Assembly (NCBI GenBank): GCA_963752595.1
Contig: CAVVYZ010000003.1
Location: 1-28,824, forward strand
Length of the DNA stretch: 28,824 nt
Origin: an uncultured delta proteobacterium
GTDB taxonomy: Bacteria; Desulfobacterota; Desulfomonilia; UBA1062
Direction of reading: 5' to 3'
Position 1 is the stretch's first letter. The number at the start of each line of letters is the position of its first letter. Positions 10,321 through 19,520 of the stretch are shown here, piece by piece. The notes below the pieces were generated by a model. It saw nothing but the letters and a program-made list of their open reading frames with translations, made no database searches and was not told the DNA's origin. Both the position numbers and the translations under genes were made by a program.

Positions 10321-10938
10321 ATGAAGAGATTCATCCTTGCAGTAGTGGCATGCATGGTGTTTCCCCTCTTTTGCCGGGCTCAGAACATCACACTTGTCAC
10401 CCTTGACTGGCCGCCCTACGTTGCCGGCGATATGAATAACAAGGGATTCAACGCAGAGATCGTCACCGAGGCATTCAAACGTGTGGGGTATACGGCCAGG
10501 ATCGAGTCCACTGAAGGATGCAGAGATCAATTATACGTCACCGAAAAATCTCCATGAGCTCGCCCCCTACAAGATCGGTGTTGTGAAAGGGTATATCAAC
10601 ACGGCAGAATTCGATGCAGCCCAATTCCTGAAAAAGGTCGAGTCCGATAGCGATGAGGCGAATCTCAAAAAGCTCCTGAACAAGGAGCTCGATATCATCG
10701 TGATCGACAAACTCGTCGCCCAATACCTCATTCAGAAACATATGCCCGTCGTTGCCGCACAGCTGGAGCCCATGGATCCCCCCATCCCCTCTTCCTGCTT
10801 TTCCCCAAGAAAAACCCCAACTCCAGGAAGACCTGCGATGACTTTACCAAGGGCTTCGACATGATCGCCAAGGACGGCATTGCCAATACGATCATGAAAC
10901 GCTCAAGCCTTCAATGGAGCATAGAACAGGCCAAATAG
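10321..10938 (+). pseudogene. Periplasmic solute-binding protein (family 3-like), frameshifted with probable internal deletion
   Basis: Signal peptide MKRFILAVVAC.., LDWPPY..GFNAEIVTEAFKRVGY, then another frame KIGVVKGY..NLKKLLNKELDIIVID, then a third frame ..FTKGFDMIAKDG.. ending TAG 10936-10938. RBS AAGGAGG. Confidence 0.7.
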
Positions 10939-10946
10939 ATCCTTAA

Positions 10947-11497
10947 GTGAATTACCCCGCCTACAAGGCGGGGCATCAAAACAACTCCAACTGCTTTGGC
11001 TTCTTTTCTTCTTCGCGATGATACCTGATATATTTCCTAATCACTTCTGCAGTGACTTTATCTCCAACCGTGCGCGCAAAATATCCATCCTCCCAAAATT
11101 CACCACCCCACAACTCCCTCTTAACCTCAGGATGATCCCGAAACACGACACTCGCACTGATACTCTTGAGCATCCCTACTACTCTCGATATGCTGTACCT
11201 CGGTGGAAATGATAAAAATATATGAACATGATCTTGGGCTACTTCCATCGTATCTATCTCAAAATCATGATTCTGGGCTATCTCAAGAAACATGGCTTCT
11301 ACCTTCTCCCGTATGTCTCCTCGTAATACCCATTTCCGATACTTCGGTGTCCAGACCAAATGATATTTCGTGTCATATACCGCATGACTCGTTCTCTTCG
11401 GTTCCATCTTTCCAATATATCATATCTACCCGCCGCTTACAGCGGTCGAACTTTTCATCCCCGTTTACAAAACGGGGTATTCAAGTTCGATGATTTC
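10947..11497 (-). mobile_element. IS200/IS605-family element, tnpA only (about 550 bp)
   Basis: Matching subterminal hairpins CCCCGCCT-ACA-AGGCGGGG (10955-10973) and CCCCGTTT-ACA-AAACGGGG (11459-11477). On the minus strand the right end reads GGCGGGGTAATTCAC, a typical IS605-type end. Exact left boundary is tentative (TTAT just outside). More AT-rich than the flanks. Confidence 0.85.
10976..11407 (-). CDS. tnpA: IS200/IS605 Y1 (HUH) transposase
   Basis: YHLVWTPKYRK, HUH motif DHVHIFLSFPP, LKSISA, LWGGEFWEDGYFARTVG, catalytic Tyr in IRKYIRYH; 143 aa, intact. Confidence 0.96.
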   Translation of the reverse strand: MEPKRTSHAVYDTKYHLVWTPKYRKWVLRGDIREKVEAMFLEIAQNHDFEIDTMEVAQDHVHIFLSFPPRYSISRVVGMLKSISASVVFRDHPEVKRELWGGEFWEDGYFARTVGDKVTAEVIRKYIRYHREEEKKPKQLELF

Positions 11498-11508
11498 ATA
11501 AACGGGAT

Positions 11509-11593
11509 CGGAAAAAATACAGGCCGGAGGCGGCCTTATCGGTGTATTTTTTCCGGGAAAAATCAGTGGAATTTTCCTGTTGATCTTTCCCGG
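11509..11593. repeat. Two adjacent inverted repeats
   Basis: CGGAAAAAATACA (11509-11521) / TGTATTTTTTCCG (11543-11555) enclosing AGGCCG-GAGG-CGGCCT; then CCGGGAAAAATCA (11553-11565) / TGATCTTTCCCGG (11581-11593). Confidence 0.7.
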
Positions 11594-11689
11594 AGTGTAT
11601 GATCATCTTTTTGCCGACTGAAAATATATCCCTTCTGGGGCGGGCCGAGCACCAAGGCATCGTCTTCCCGGGAAAAGGGGCCGGTATCC

Positions 11690-13132
11690 TTGAGAAAAAA
11701 GCTTGTCCTTACTGCGCTCCTGCTTCTCCTCGCAGGCGCTCTGGCAGGGTTTTTCATCCTGCGCACAGACTCCAGGGACAAGCGTCCGGAATTTCTTCCC
11801 CGGCCCCAGGGAAACCTTCCTCATGAGAGCTGGACGTTTGCTTTTTACCTGGCAGGAGACAACTCCCTGGAGAACGACCAGGTGAAGAACCTCAAAGAAA
11901 TCTGTGAAGGAGCCCCTGCCTTATCCGGTGCCGATATCGTCGTGTTCTTCGATCGTAACGACGACACCCGGCGCGACAATATATTCACTACCTGGCGGGG
12001 CTGCAGGGCCTTCAACATCACCGGAAGCTATGAGGAATCCCTTAAAACCCCGCTGACGGTTGACATTCCTCCTTCGGTGGATGCCGGGCGTTTCGAACGT
12101 TCCATTCTCAAGACCCTCTCCGACCCGGGAGACAAGGAGCTCATCCGTAAGAGTTACCGGAAACAAGGTTCGAGATATGTCCTCACGGAGCGGAAGCCGG
12201 GAGCCAGAGCCCTCATCAGAAAAATCCTCACGGATAAGGCGCACTATCTCCTGCCGCTGAACGGGAAGGAATACGCCAATCTCGATGCAACCGACGCCGG
12301 TACCCTGAAGCGATTCGTATCGTTCGTCAAAGACAACTTCGTTTCCGACCGCTATTTTCTCTGTATGACCGGCCACTCGAACGGCTGGCCCGTCGAAGGA
12401 ATCACCCCTCCTCACCATTTCCGGAAGCGTTCGCCGGAATTTTACCGGGACTTCGAGGGCCCTTCCCTCAGGCAGGCACTCAAGGAGGACCCGGTCGATG
12501 TGCTCGTCCTCGACACATGTTCCATGGCCGATATCGAGACTGCCTGGGAACTCCGCGGCTGTGCCCGTTATCTGGTGGCCTGCCAGACGCCCATCCCCAC
12601 CATGGGCCTTGATTACACACTGCTTCTGGAGAAGATGGGAAAGCTCAACGCACTGACCCCCCGGGATATAGCCTGCGAGGCCGTGGAGGCATACAGGGAC
12701 GGCTATGACGGCACACAGTTCCGACTGTCCGTCTCTGCCCTGGACCTCGGAGCCGGCTTCAATGCCTTCGTCGAAAAGTTCCAGGAACTCGCGGGTGACC
12801 CTTCGCATTTAACCGCTCTGAAAAGGACGCTCGAAGTTGCCCGCTACGCCCCGTCCCCTACCCGGGGAAAGCATCCTATGGCAGACCTGTTCCCGATCGC
12901 CGCCGCCCTCGGCGATAAAAACCTCATGCAGCAGACCTCCGGCAGGACGTTCATGGTAAATCATGTATCCATCCACACAAACCTCGCCGGGCTTTCCATA
13001 TTCCTGCCGGCTTCCAGGGAGGTCTACCTCGAATATGAGAAGAACTATGAGGCTACTTCGTTTTCCCGGGACTTCCCCCATGGATGGGGGCTTACGCTGA
13101 GACAGTTATTCAAGGCGAAATTACTTCAATAA
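11690..13132 (+). CDS. Clostripain-family (peptidase C11) cysteine protease with N-terminal signal/anchor
   Basis: WTFAFYLAGDNSLE, IVVFFDR, LKRFVSFVKDNF..RYFLCMTGHSNGW (catalytic His), DVLVLDTCSMADIETAWEL (catalytic Cys), GLSIFLP; hydrophobic N-terminus. Confidence 0.82.
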   Translation: MRKKLVLTALLLLLAGALAGFFILRTDSRDKRPEFLPRPQGNLPHESWTFAFYLAGDNSLENDQVKNLKEICEGAPALSGADIVVFFDRNDDTRRDNIFTTWRGCRAFNITGSYEESLKTPLTVDIPPSVDAGRFERSILKTLSDPGDKELIRKSYRKQGSRYVLTERKPGARALIRKILTDKAHYLLPLNGKEYANLDATDAGTLKRFVSFVKDNFVSDRYFLCMTGHSNGWPVEGITPPHHFRKRSPEFYRDFEGPSLRQALKEDPVDVLVLDTCSMADIETAWELRGCARYLVACQTPIPTMGLDYTLLLEKMGKLNALTPRDIACEAVEAYRDGYDGTQFRLSVSALDLGAGFNAFVEKFQELAGDPSHLTALKRTLEVARYAPSPTRGKHPMADLFPIAAALGDKNLMQQTSGRTFMVNHVSIHTNLAGLSIFLPASREVYLEYEKNYEATSFSRDFPHGWGLTLRQLFKAKLLQ

Positions 13133-13158
13133 AATCGTCAGAAAAAAAAGGATGGCGA

Positions 13159-14139
13159 TCAGTTGTTCCAATCCAGATCGCTCACCTGTTCGGGATACTC
13201 GTTGATATTCAGGAACCCAAGGCAGTCCGAATCGTCTTCATTGATATAATCCAGGACATCGCTCCCGGACAGGGAAGCACCTGCCGCAGCAATAACCGTC
13301 TCCTCATTCCCATCCAGGAGATCTCCGAGGGAAATGGTAATGTAATACTTATCTTCAGAGCTGTTGGTGGCGTCATTGCGGGTCATGAAGGCCATCTGGG
13401 AGCTCTGGGCAGCGATACTTCCGCCTCCCATGACCTGCCAGTTCGTTCCGGAATCCGTGCACTCGGATACTTTGAATTCTCCATTCCCGATATCGCCTTC
13501 CCACATGAATTGGACCTTACGATCCCCTACACCGGCATACCAGATCCTCAAGATATTTCCGTTGCGCTCGGTATAGAACACCCCGGCCTCGGTACTGCCG
13601 ATCCGGTACTGCTCTACGATGATTTCACTCGTACCGTTGATGCGGAAGGCCATGTGCAGAGTAAGGTCGCCGTTCTGTATGGTCACTTCCCTGTCCACGG
13701 CAACATTCTTCAGCCCCGGATAGGAGATATCCAGATAAGGAACACTCACGGACCTTACCGAGGTATCTACCGTAGCTGTTATACTGTCGATCGTATGCCC
13801 GCCTGAGCTGTCCCAGTCATCCGTGAATTCGTTGACCATATCGATGTGGTTATCCAGAGTCTGGATCTGCGTATAAATGCTTTCCTCCAGGCCGTTGTCA
13901 GGATCAAAGAGCTTTCCCAGAACGCTCCCCGGGTTATCCGGATCCCAGTCCGACCACTGGTCAAGGGTGCTGGCGCCGAGATAGGGTGTGCATTCTTTTA
14001 CGTCATCGATAAACGTATGAAGGGTCGATCCGCTGAGCGAGCGATCGCTGTCCGTATCACCTTCCTCCGTCGTCTCCGTACCGCACGCAGCAAGGCATAA
14101 AACCAGGATGATTGCCGGGAACACCACTAACCTCTTCAT
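13159..14139 (-). CDS. Acidic lipoprotein of unknown function
   Basis: MKRLVVFPAIILVLCLAA-C lipobox after RBS GGAGGA; D/E-rich, beta-rich-looking; no family recognised. Confidence 0.75.
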   Translation of the reverse strand: MKRLVVFPAIILVLCLAACGTETTEEGDTDSDRSLSGSTLHTFIDDVKECTPYLGASTLDQWSDWDPDNPGSVLGKLFDPDNGLEESIYTQIQTLDNHIDMVNEFTDDWDSSGGHTIDSITATVDTSVRSVSVPYLDISYPGLKNVAVDREVTIQNGDLTLHMAFRINGTSEIIVEQYRIGSTEAGVFYTERNGNILRIWYAGVGDRKVQFMWEGDIGNGEFKVSECTDSGTNWQVMGGGSIAAQSSQMAFMTRNDATNSSEDKYYITISLGDLLDGNEETVIAAAGASLSGSDVLDYINEDDSDCLGFLNINEYPEQVSDLDWNN

Positions 14140-14242
14140 ACAATCCTCCACGTCGTTATCCTCTCAATCTTCCTTGGGGGTAACCTCTTTGCACTCGTTA
14201 ATCAAGTATTAATTGACATGGATGCCGGGGATAGGCGTTTGA

Positions 14243-15724
14243 TTACTGTTTCGGGACGAAAAGCTCCATCTGGGGAAAGTCATTGAGATCTTTCGCGATG
14301 CCTGCCCGGAGGAAGGAATTGACCCATTTCACGATATCGTTTCTCTGAATCGATGCCCGGAGCCTCCTCATCATCATCCGCCTCGTTTCCTGGGGCATGG
14401 TAAAGGCTTTGTATATAGCGTCAGCCACCCCTTCAATGTCATAGGGATTCACGAGCAGGGCATTGGGGTAGAACTGGGCTGCTGCTCCTGCAAACTCGCT
14501 GAGGATCAGAACTCCGTTTTCCTCGATATTGGAGGCGCAGTATTCCTTTGCCACCAGGTTCATACCGTCTTTGAGCGGGGTGATCAAAGCGATCTCGCAT
14601 GTCCTGTAGTATGCAACGAGCTCCTTGCGGGGGATGGAACGGAAGATATAATGGACGGGCGTCCAGCCGACCTGGGTATATTTGCCGTTGATCTCTCCCA
14701 CCAGCCGTTCGATCTCCTGTTTGAGCTTCTCATATTCACCCACGTCCTGCCTGCTGGGCACCACTACCTGGAGCAGTGTTATCCTTCTCCTCATCTCGGG
14801 ATAGCGGGCGAGCGCATTATCAAAGGCCATGAAGCGCTGGATGATACCCTTCGTATAATCAAGCCGGTCTACGCCTAAGATAATCTGCCTGCCGGGAAGA
14901 TTGGCATGGATGATCCATGCCTCTTCCGCGACTTCCTGGGTTTTTGCAAAATCAGCGAACTCCCGGTAGTCGATGCTGATGGGAAAGGCTCCGACAATGA
15001 CTTCTCTGGAATCGGTATGGATGGAGTTCACATACCCCCTTCCCGTCACCTGGTACCCGTGCAGAGCCCGGATGCATCCGATAAAATTCTTCCGGTCCCT
15101 GACGGTCTGGAATCCGATCAGATCGTATTCCAGCAAGGCATCCATGATCTGGAATCTCCAGGGAAGCTTGAGAAAGATATCCAGAGGCGGAAACGGTATA
15201 TGGAGGAAAAAACCGATATGCCGCTCCATTCCCATTCCCATTCGCCTGAGCTCATTCGCAACCATGATGAGCTGGTAGTCGTGAACCCATATATAGTCGT
15301 CTCCATCAGTATTTCTGACCACTTCTTCAGCGAATTTCCGGTTGACCTTCTGGTAGACATCCCAATAGCACTGATCAAAGTTACAGTGGCTGAAGAGATC
15401 ATGGAAAAGCGGCCAGAGAATTTCATTGGAGAAACCTTGATAGTATCTGTCGATCTCCTCTTTGCACAAGTGGATATGATTGAGAGAGTAGCCGGTCTGA
15501 TGCGTGCCGGATGATATGAGGTCTTTCAGGTATTCTTCACTGGGGCAATCGCTCTCGGGCAGTCCGAGCCATCCGATCCACAACCCTCCGCGGTGCCTCA
15601 ATACAGGCCCGAGGGCTGTAACAAGGCCTCCCGAGCCCGGCTGGATTTTCCATTCACGATGGCCTGTTCTGTTCAATACGATCGGCAGCCTGTTGGAAAC
15701 AACCACTAACCTTTTAGGCTTCAT
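14243..15724 (-). CDS. otsA: Trehalose-6-phosphate synthase (GT20)
   Basis: VVSNRLP, GGLVTAL, YYQGFSNEILWPLFH, WVHDYQL, FFLHIPFP, LGVDRLDYTKGI, DGMNLVAKEY, LSEFAGAA. Confidence 0.97.
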   Translation of the reverse strand: MKPKRLVVVSNRLPIVLNRTGHREWKIQPGSGGLVTALGPVLRHRGGLWIGWLGLPESDCPSEEYLKDLISSGTHQTGYSLNHIHLCKEEIDRYYQGFSNEILWPLFHDLFSHCNFDQCYWDVYQKVNRKFAEEVVRNTDGDDYIWVHDYQLIMVANELRRMGMGMERHIGFFLHIPFPPLDIFLKLPWRFQIMDALLEYDLIGFQTVRDRKNFIGCIRALHGYQVTGRGYVNSIHTDSREVIVGAFPISIDYREFADFAKTQEVAEEAWIIHANLPGRQIILGVDRLDYTKGIIQRFMAFDNALARYPEMRRRITLLQVVVPSRQDVGEYEKLKQEIERLVGEINGKYTQVGWTPVHYIFRSIPRKELVAYYRTCEIALITPLKDGMNLVAKEYCASNIEENGVLILSEFAGAAAQFYPNALLVNPYDIEGVADAIYKAFTMPQETRRMMMRRLRASIQRNDIVKWVNSFLRAGIAKDLNDFPQMELFVPKQ

Positions 15725-16541
15725 GACACCTTTCCCTGCTGCTTTTCAGCGGCAGGTTCACCCATGCCTCCAAGAACCCCTTCACCGTATGGATATCCGG
15801 CAATAAGCCCCTTGCAGCGGTAGGAATTTCCCTTTTCCCCACGCGAATACCGATGCCCGACGAACGTATCCTCTGAAATGCGTCCTCATCAGTGCTGTCA
15901 TCGCCGATATACACGCAGAAAGTATCTTGCGGTTCATCCCGAAGGAGCTCTTCAAGGGCATCCCCCTTATTCCAACCCTTGGCAAGGACTTCCACCCCTC
16001 CCTGAAATTTCCTCACCTCCAGCGAGCATCTCGATGCAATCCTGCTCCATTCAAGAGCTACTTCTTCTTCGAGCCTGCCCGCAGAGCTTTCTCCAAGGCC
16101 TCTGGTGTGGAAGGCAATGCTCGCCGGTTTCTTCTCGATATGCATCTCAATTCCCATATCCAGGATCATGCTGTGGGCATACGAGAGGCCCTCCTGCTGC
16201 CGAAATGAAATCTTTTTTATGAAGATCTGGCCGGTGGAGAAACGTCTCTCGAACCCGTGGCTCCCGATCATGATGCCTTTCCATGGCTTGAGCAATATCT
16301 CCAGCTCGTCAAGGGGACGGCCTGATATGACGGCAAGCGTAGTATCCTCCCGCAGCGATATCTTTTTCATGAGATCGGGTATGCCTTTGAGAGGCAGCGC
16401 CTCCATGCGGTGAACATGGAAAGGCGCTAACGTGCCGTCATAATCAAGGGCGAGCAGTTTGCTTTGCCGCAAAGATATCATATCCCAGAAACGGGGAATG
16501 TGCCGTACATCCGGTTGAGCTAATCCTTCAGGGCTGTTCAT
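15714..16541 (-). CDS. otsB: Trehalose-6-phosphate phosphatase (HAD)
   Basis: LALDYDGTLAPF, AVISGRP, GSHGFE, EKKPASIAFHTRG, NKGDAL, YIGDDSTDEDAF; overlaps the otsA start. Confidence 0.93.
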   Translation of the reverse strand: MNSPEGLAQPDVRHIPRFWDMISLRQSKLLALDYDGTLAPFHVHRMEALPLKGIPDLMKKISLREDTTLAVISGRPLDELEILLKPWKGIMIGSHGFERRFSTGQIFIKKISFRQQEGLSYAHSMILDMGIEMHIEKKPASIAFHTRGLGESSAGRLEEEVALEWSRIASRCSLEVRKFQGGVEVLAKGWNKGDALEELLRDEPQDTFCVYIGDDSTDEDAFQRIRSSGIGIRVGKREIPTAARGLLPDIHTVKGFLEAWVNLPLKSSRERCHEA

Positions 16542-17777
16542 AGTAACTCAATCCTGTCATTGGCTTCATATACGATTGCTACCATAAGCGTCAGGTATTC
16601 CCTCAAGTTCCGTGTGATAAGGAAATTTTCCCGGACGAACTCCCGTGCCTTCTCTCCCATCTCTTTCAACTGCCTCCTTCGCTTGAGAATGTATCGAATG
16701 CGTAACGCGGTACCTTCAGGGGTATTAACCAGGAAGCCTGTATGATAGTTGATCACCTGGAGTCTGATCCCCCCCGGTATCTCCTCCGATCACCGGCTTG
16801 GCTTTCCACATCGCTTCGGTTACGGTAAGGCCAAAGCCCTCCTTGAGGGATTTCTGGAGGACGATATCGGAAATGCGCTGGATGGCATTGATGGTGAGAT
16901 TATCGTCCGGAGGCAGCATGAGGACATGGATATCAGGGTCTTCAGCCGCGCTTGACTGGGCCTCTTTGTATACCTCCTCTCCCTCGGGGTCGTCTGTGGC
17001 GCTCCCCCCTGCCAGCACGAGCTGGATAGGAACGAATTCCTTCACCAGATTGTATGCATGAATCACCCCCATGGGGTCCTTGAATCTGTCAAACCGGGAT
17101 ATCTGTGTTATAATCGGCCTGCCCGGGTCGAGCCCGAACCGTTCGTAGGTTTTATCCAACTCTTCCCTGCTCAACTCACAGTTCTTGTCGCTCAAGGGAT
17201 CGATGCTCGGGGCCATGAGATACATGGGATGCGGCAGCCTCTGGGTAAACTCCGAGAGAGACCAGACGCTGGCATCATAAGCCTGGACAAAATTCCTTAA
17301 AAATTTCCATACAGGACGGTAAGGATGGCTTGCATCGATATGGCATCGCCATATCCATTTTCCCTTTCTGGAGGGAATACTTTCTATCAGGGCTGCCGGC
17401 TGCGGGTCGTGGATAAAAACGATATCCGCTTCTTCAAGACGATTCTTCAGTATGCCGAAATTCTGCCTGTTGATGATCTCATAATGCCGTAAAAGAGACT
17501 CCCGTATGTCGACACGCTTTCCCTGGAGGGCATTGTGCATATCCTTTGTACATTGAAAGAAATCGGCATCTCCGGAAATCGTCTCCCAGTGAACATCCAA
17601 ACCCAACTCTTTCTTCAACGGGATGAGCCTTTGGAGAATCTCGGCAACTCCACCCCCTGCCTTTGTGGAATTGATGTGAAGGATCTTTTTCCCGACAAGA
17701 AGCTTGGCCAGCTGCTTCAGCTGATCGATTACCTCCGATCCCACTACGTTTTCATACTGTTTTAATAATGCCGTCAT
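16538..17777 (-). CDS. treT: Glycosyl-transferring trehalose synthase (GT4); one extra G at 16769-16775
   Basis: HINSTKAGGGVAEIL, HNALQG, FIHDPQP, WRCHID, PSIDPLSDKN, SRFDRFKDP, EGFGLTVTEAMWK. Shortening the G7 run to G6 joins ORF 16538..16756 (GGIRLQVINYHTGFLV) to give about 412 aa. Confidence 0.9.
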
Positions 17778-17791
17778 CTCACACCCCGGGC

Positions 17792-18436
17792 TTAAGCATT
17801 CCGCTTGAATAGTTTTACAAGCTCGTCTCTCAACTCCATTAGGGTAATGAAGTAAGGATCAATACTGGAAAGCTGTTCGATGAGCACATTGTACTCATTG
17901 CCGAAACTCGATAACCAATAGGTGAAATCATCTGTTCCCAAAGAGGTACGCCTCCTGGCGTCTATGAAGTGATAGAATATGCTGCCGAGAGACATATGGG
18001 GCATGTATGAATACAGTTCTTCGGGTGAATCCAGAGTCTTGTCGGTATCAAAGATTACGATCTGGGAACGTACGAAATAGAAAGTGTTCAAGGCCTTGAC
18101 CCACGGAAGATTGTCACTTTCATCCATCCGCTCTTCGATCGTATCGACGAGCTCCCTCCGCAGCATCTCCATATCGGAAAAATCAGTCGGATTAACCAGA
18201 GCCATACGCTCTGCAAGGGTTTTATCATGGATACTGTGGCGGACCCATATGGCAAAATCGTTCTGGTATTCGGGATCAACGAACCGCGGCCTCAACAAAC
18301 CGCCCCAGAAATGGTAATAGATTGAACTTTCAGGAACGATCTCGAGTCTATCCCTCAACTCAACCAGGGTGTGGGCATTCTGGCCTGTGGCGATAGCTAT
18401 CAGTGCACAATCTCGTATGGAAAACGATCCACCCAT
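17792..18436 (-). CDS. DUF5752-like protein (TreT-associated)
   Basis: A.TL.EL...L..VPESSIYYHF...NDFA.W motif, repeated in the second half (SIFYHF...DDFTYW); lies immediately upstream of treT; RBS AAGGAG before ATG 18436. Confidence 0.78.
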   Translation of the reverse strand: MGGSFSIRDCALIAIATGQNAHTLVELRDRLEIVPESSIYYHFWGGLLRPRFVDPEYQNDFAIWVRHSIHDKTLAERMALVNPTDFSDMEMLRRELVDTIEERMDESDNLPWVKALNTFYFVRSQIVIFDTDKTLDSPEELYSYMPHMSLGSIFYHFIDARRRTSLGTDDFTYWLSSFGNEYNVLIEQLSSIDPYFITLMELRDELVKLFKRNA

Positions 18437-18490
18437 ACTGCTATCTCCTTTCCGAATCATCTTTGATTCTTGGTGCTAAGCCTTAAAACC

Positions 18491-18691
18491 TTTTAAGGAT
18501 ATCCATGGATGTTGAATTGAATAAATCAATGAAAGGGGTCATTCTATTCAAGAGAAAGAAGTAATCCACATGATTTAACAATATATTTATTGCCCTGATT
18601 ATCAAGGATGCAGCGCTTCGGATGGTCTCGTATCAAGGATTTTCGAACCTTGAGTTTACAGGCGCACTGCCTATTTTATTATTTCAAGGAT
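18491..18691. promoter_or_regulatory. Divergent promoter region with TWTYAAGGAT direct repeats
   Basis: TTTTAAGGAT 18491-18500, TATCAAGGAT 18600-18609 and 18631-18640, TTTCAAGGAT 18682-18691; candidate sigma-70 TTTACA (18655-60) N16 TATTAT (18677-82) for the HhH array. Confidence 0.45.
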
Positions 18692-18726
18692 GCCCTCTTC
18701 GGGCAGAGAAATAATGGGGGTGTAAT

Positions 18727-19278
18727 ATGAAAAAGGGTATCATCGTAATGATAGGAATATTGGTTGTTATGCTCGCCTTTGGCGGCATGGCGTATGCCCA
18801 GGATAAATCAGGACAGGGAATGCAGCAGCAGAAGCAGGTTCAGGGACAGTCACAGGGGAAGGGACAGATGCAGGCGCAGCAACTGGGCGCTAAAAAGCTC
18901 AATATAAACACTGCAACGGCTCAGGAGATCCAGCGGATACCCGGCTTGAACCAGAACCTGGCGCAGAATATCATAGACTACAGGACTGCAAACGGAGCGT
19001 ATGGTTCAATCGATGCTCTTACCAAGGTAAGCGGCATCGAAAAGCAGAGTCTCGATACATTGCGTCAATATCTCATGGTGAAATATGACCTGAATGCTGC
19101 AACGGCACAGGAACTCGCAAGGGTACCGGGTATCCACCAGGCATTGGCGCAGAATATCGTGCGGTACAGAGAGGCGAACGGTCCTTTCGGCTCCGTTGAC
19201 GATCTCAACAGGGTCTCCGGAATGAATGATTTCAAAATAGATATGATTAAAAAGTATATCCAGGTAGGCAAAGAATAG
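18727..19278 (+). CDS. Exported ComEA-like protein 1, two HhH_3 domains, Q-rich linker
   Basis: Sec signal ending AYA; KLNINTATAQEIQRIPGL..IIDYRTANGAYGSIDAL and DLNAATAQELARVPGI..YREANGPFGSVDDL. Confidence 0.88.
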   Translation: MKKGIIVMIGILVVMLAFGGMAYAQDKSGQGMQQQKQVQGQSQGKGQMQAQQLGAKKLNINTATAQEIQRIPGLNQNLAQNIIDYRTANGAYGSIDALTKVSGIEKQSLDTLRQYLMVKYDLNAATAQELARVPGIHQALAQNIVRYREANGPFGSVDDLNRVSGMNDFKIDMIKKYIQVGKE

Positions 19279-19520
19279 TTACAGCCCTGGAATAAACCCC
19301 GCCTTCGGGCAATCGGACACTCTCTTTAAGAGACCGAGACAGATTGGGTGAACTTTAATCAAACCCATTGCCTTTAATCAGGGAGGATTAAGGCCTAATG
19401 CAAAAATCATCGTTATAACCAAAAAATTCCGCACCAAGACTGAGAGCTCCCTTAAAGGGACCTCCCAGGCTATATCTGAATAATGCCTCAGGAAGGCAGA
19501 CAAACTATGGAGGATAAACT

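Noticed and set aside
11408-11690. tnpB or omega-RNA system associated with the IS
   Set aside because: No RuvC-like ORF on either side; tnpA is bounded directly by both terminal hairpins.
16769-16775. G7 tract breaking treT as a phase-variation or programmed frameshift site
   Set aside because: Short homopolymer in a sequence with many indel errors; sequencing error is the simpler explanation unless reads show mixed lengths.
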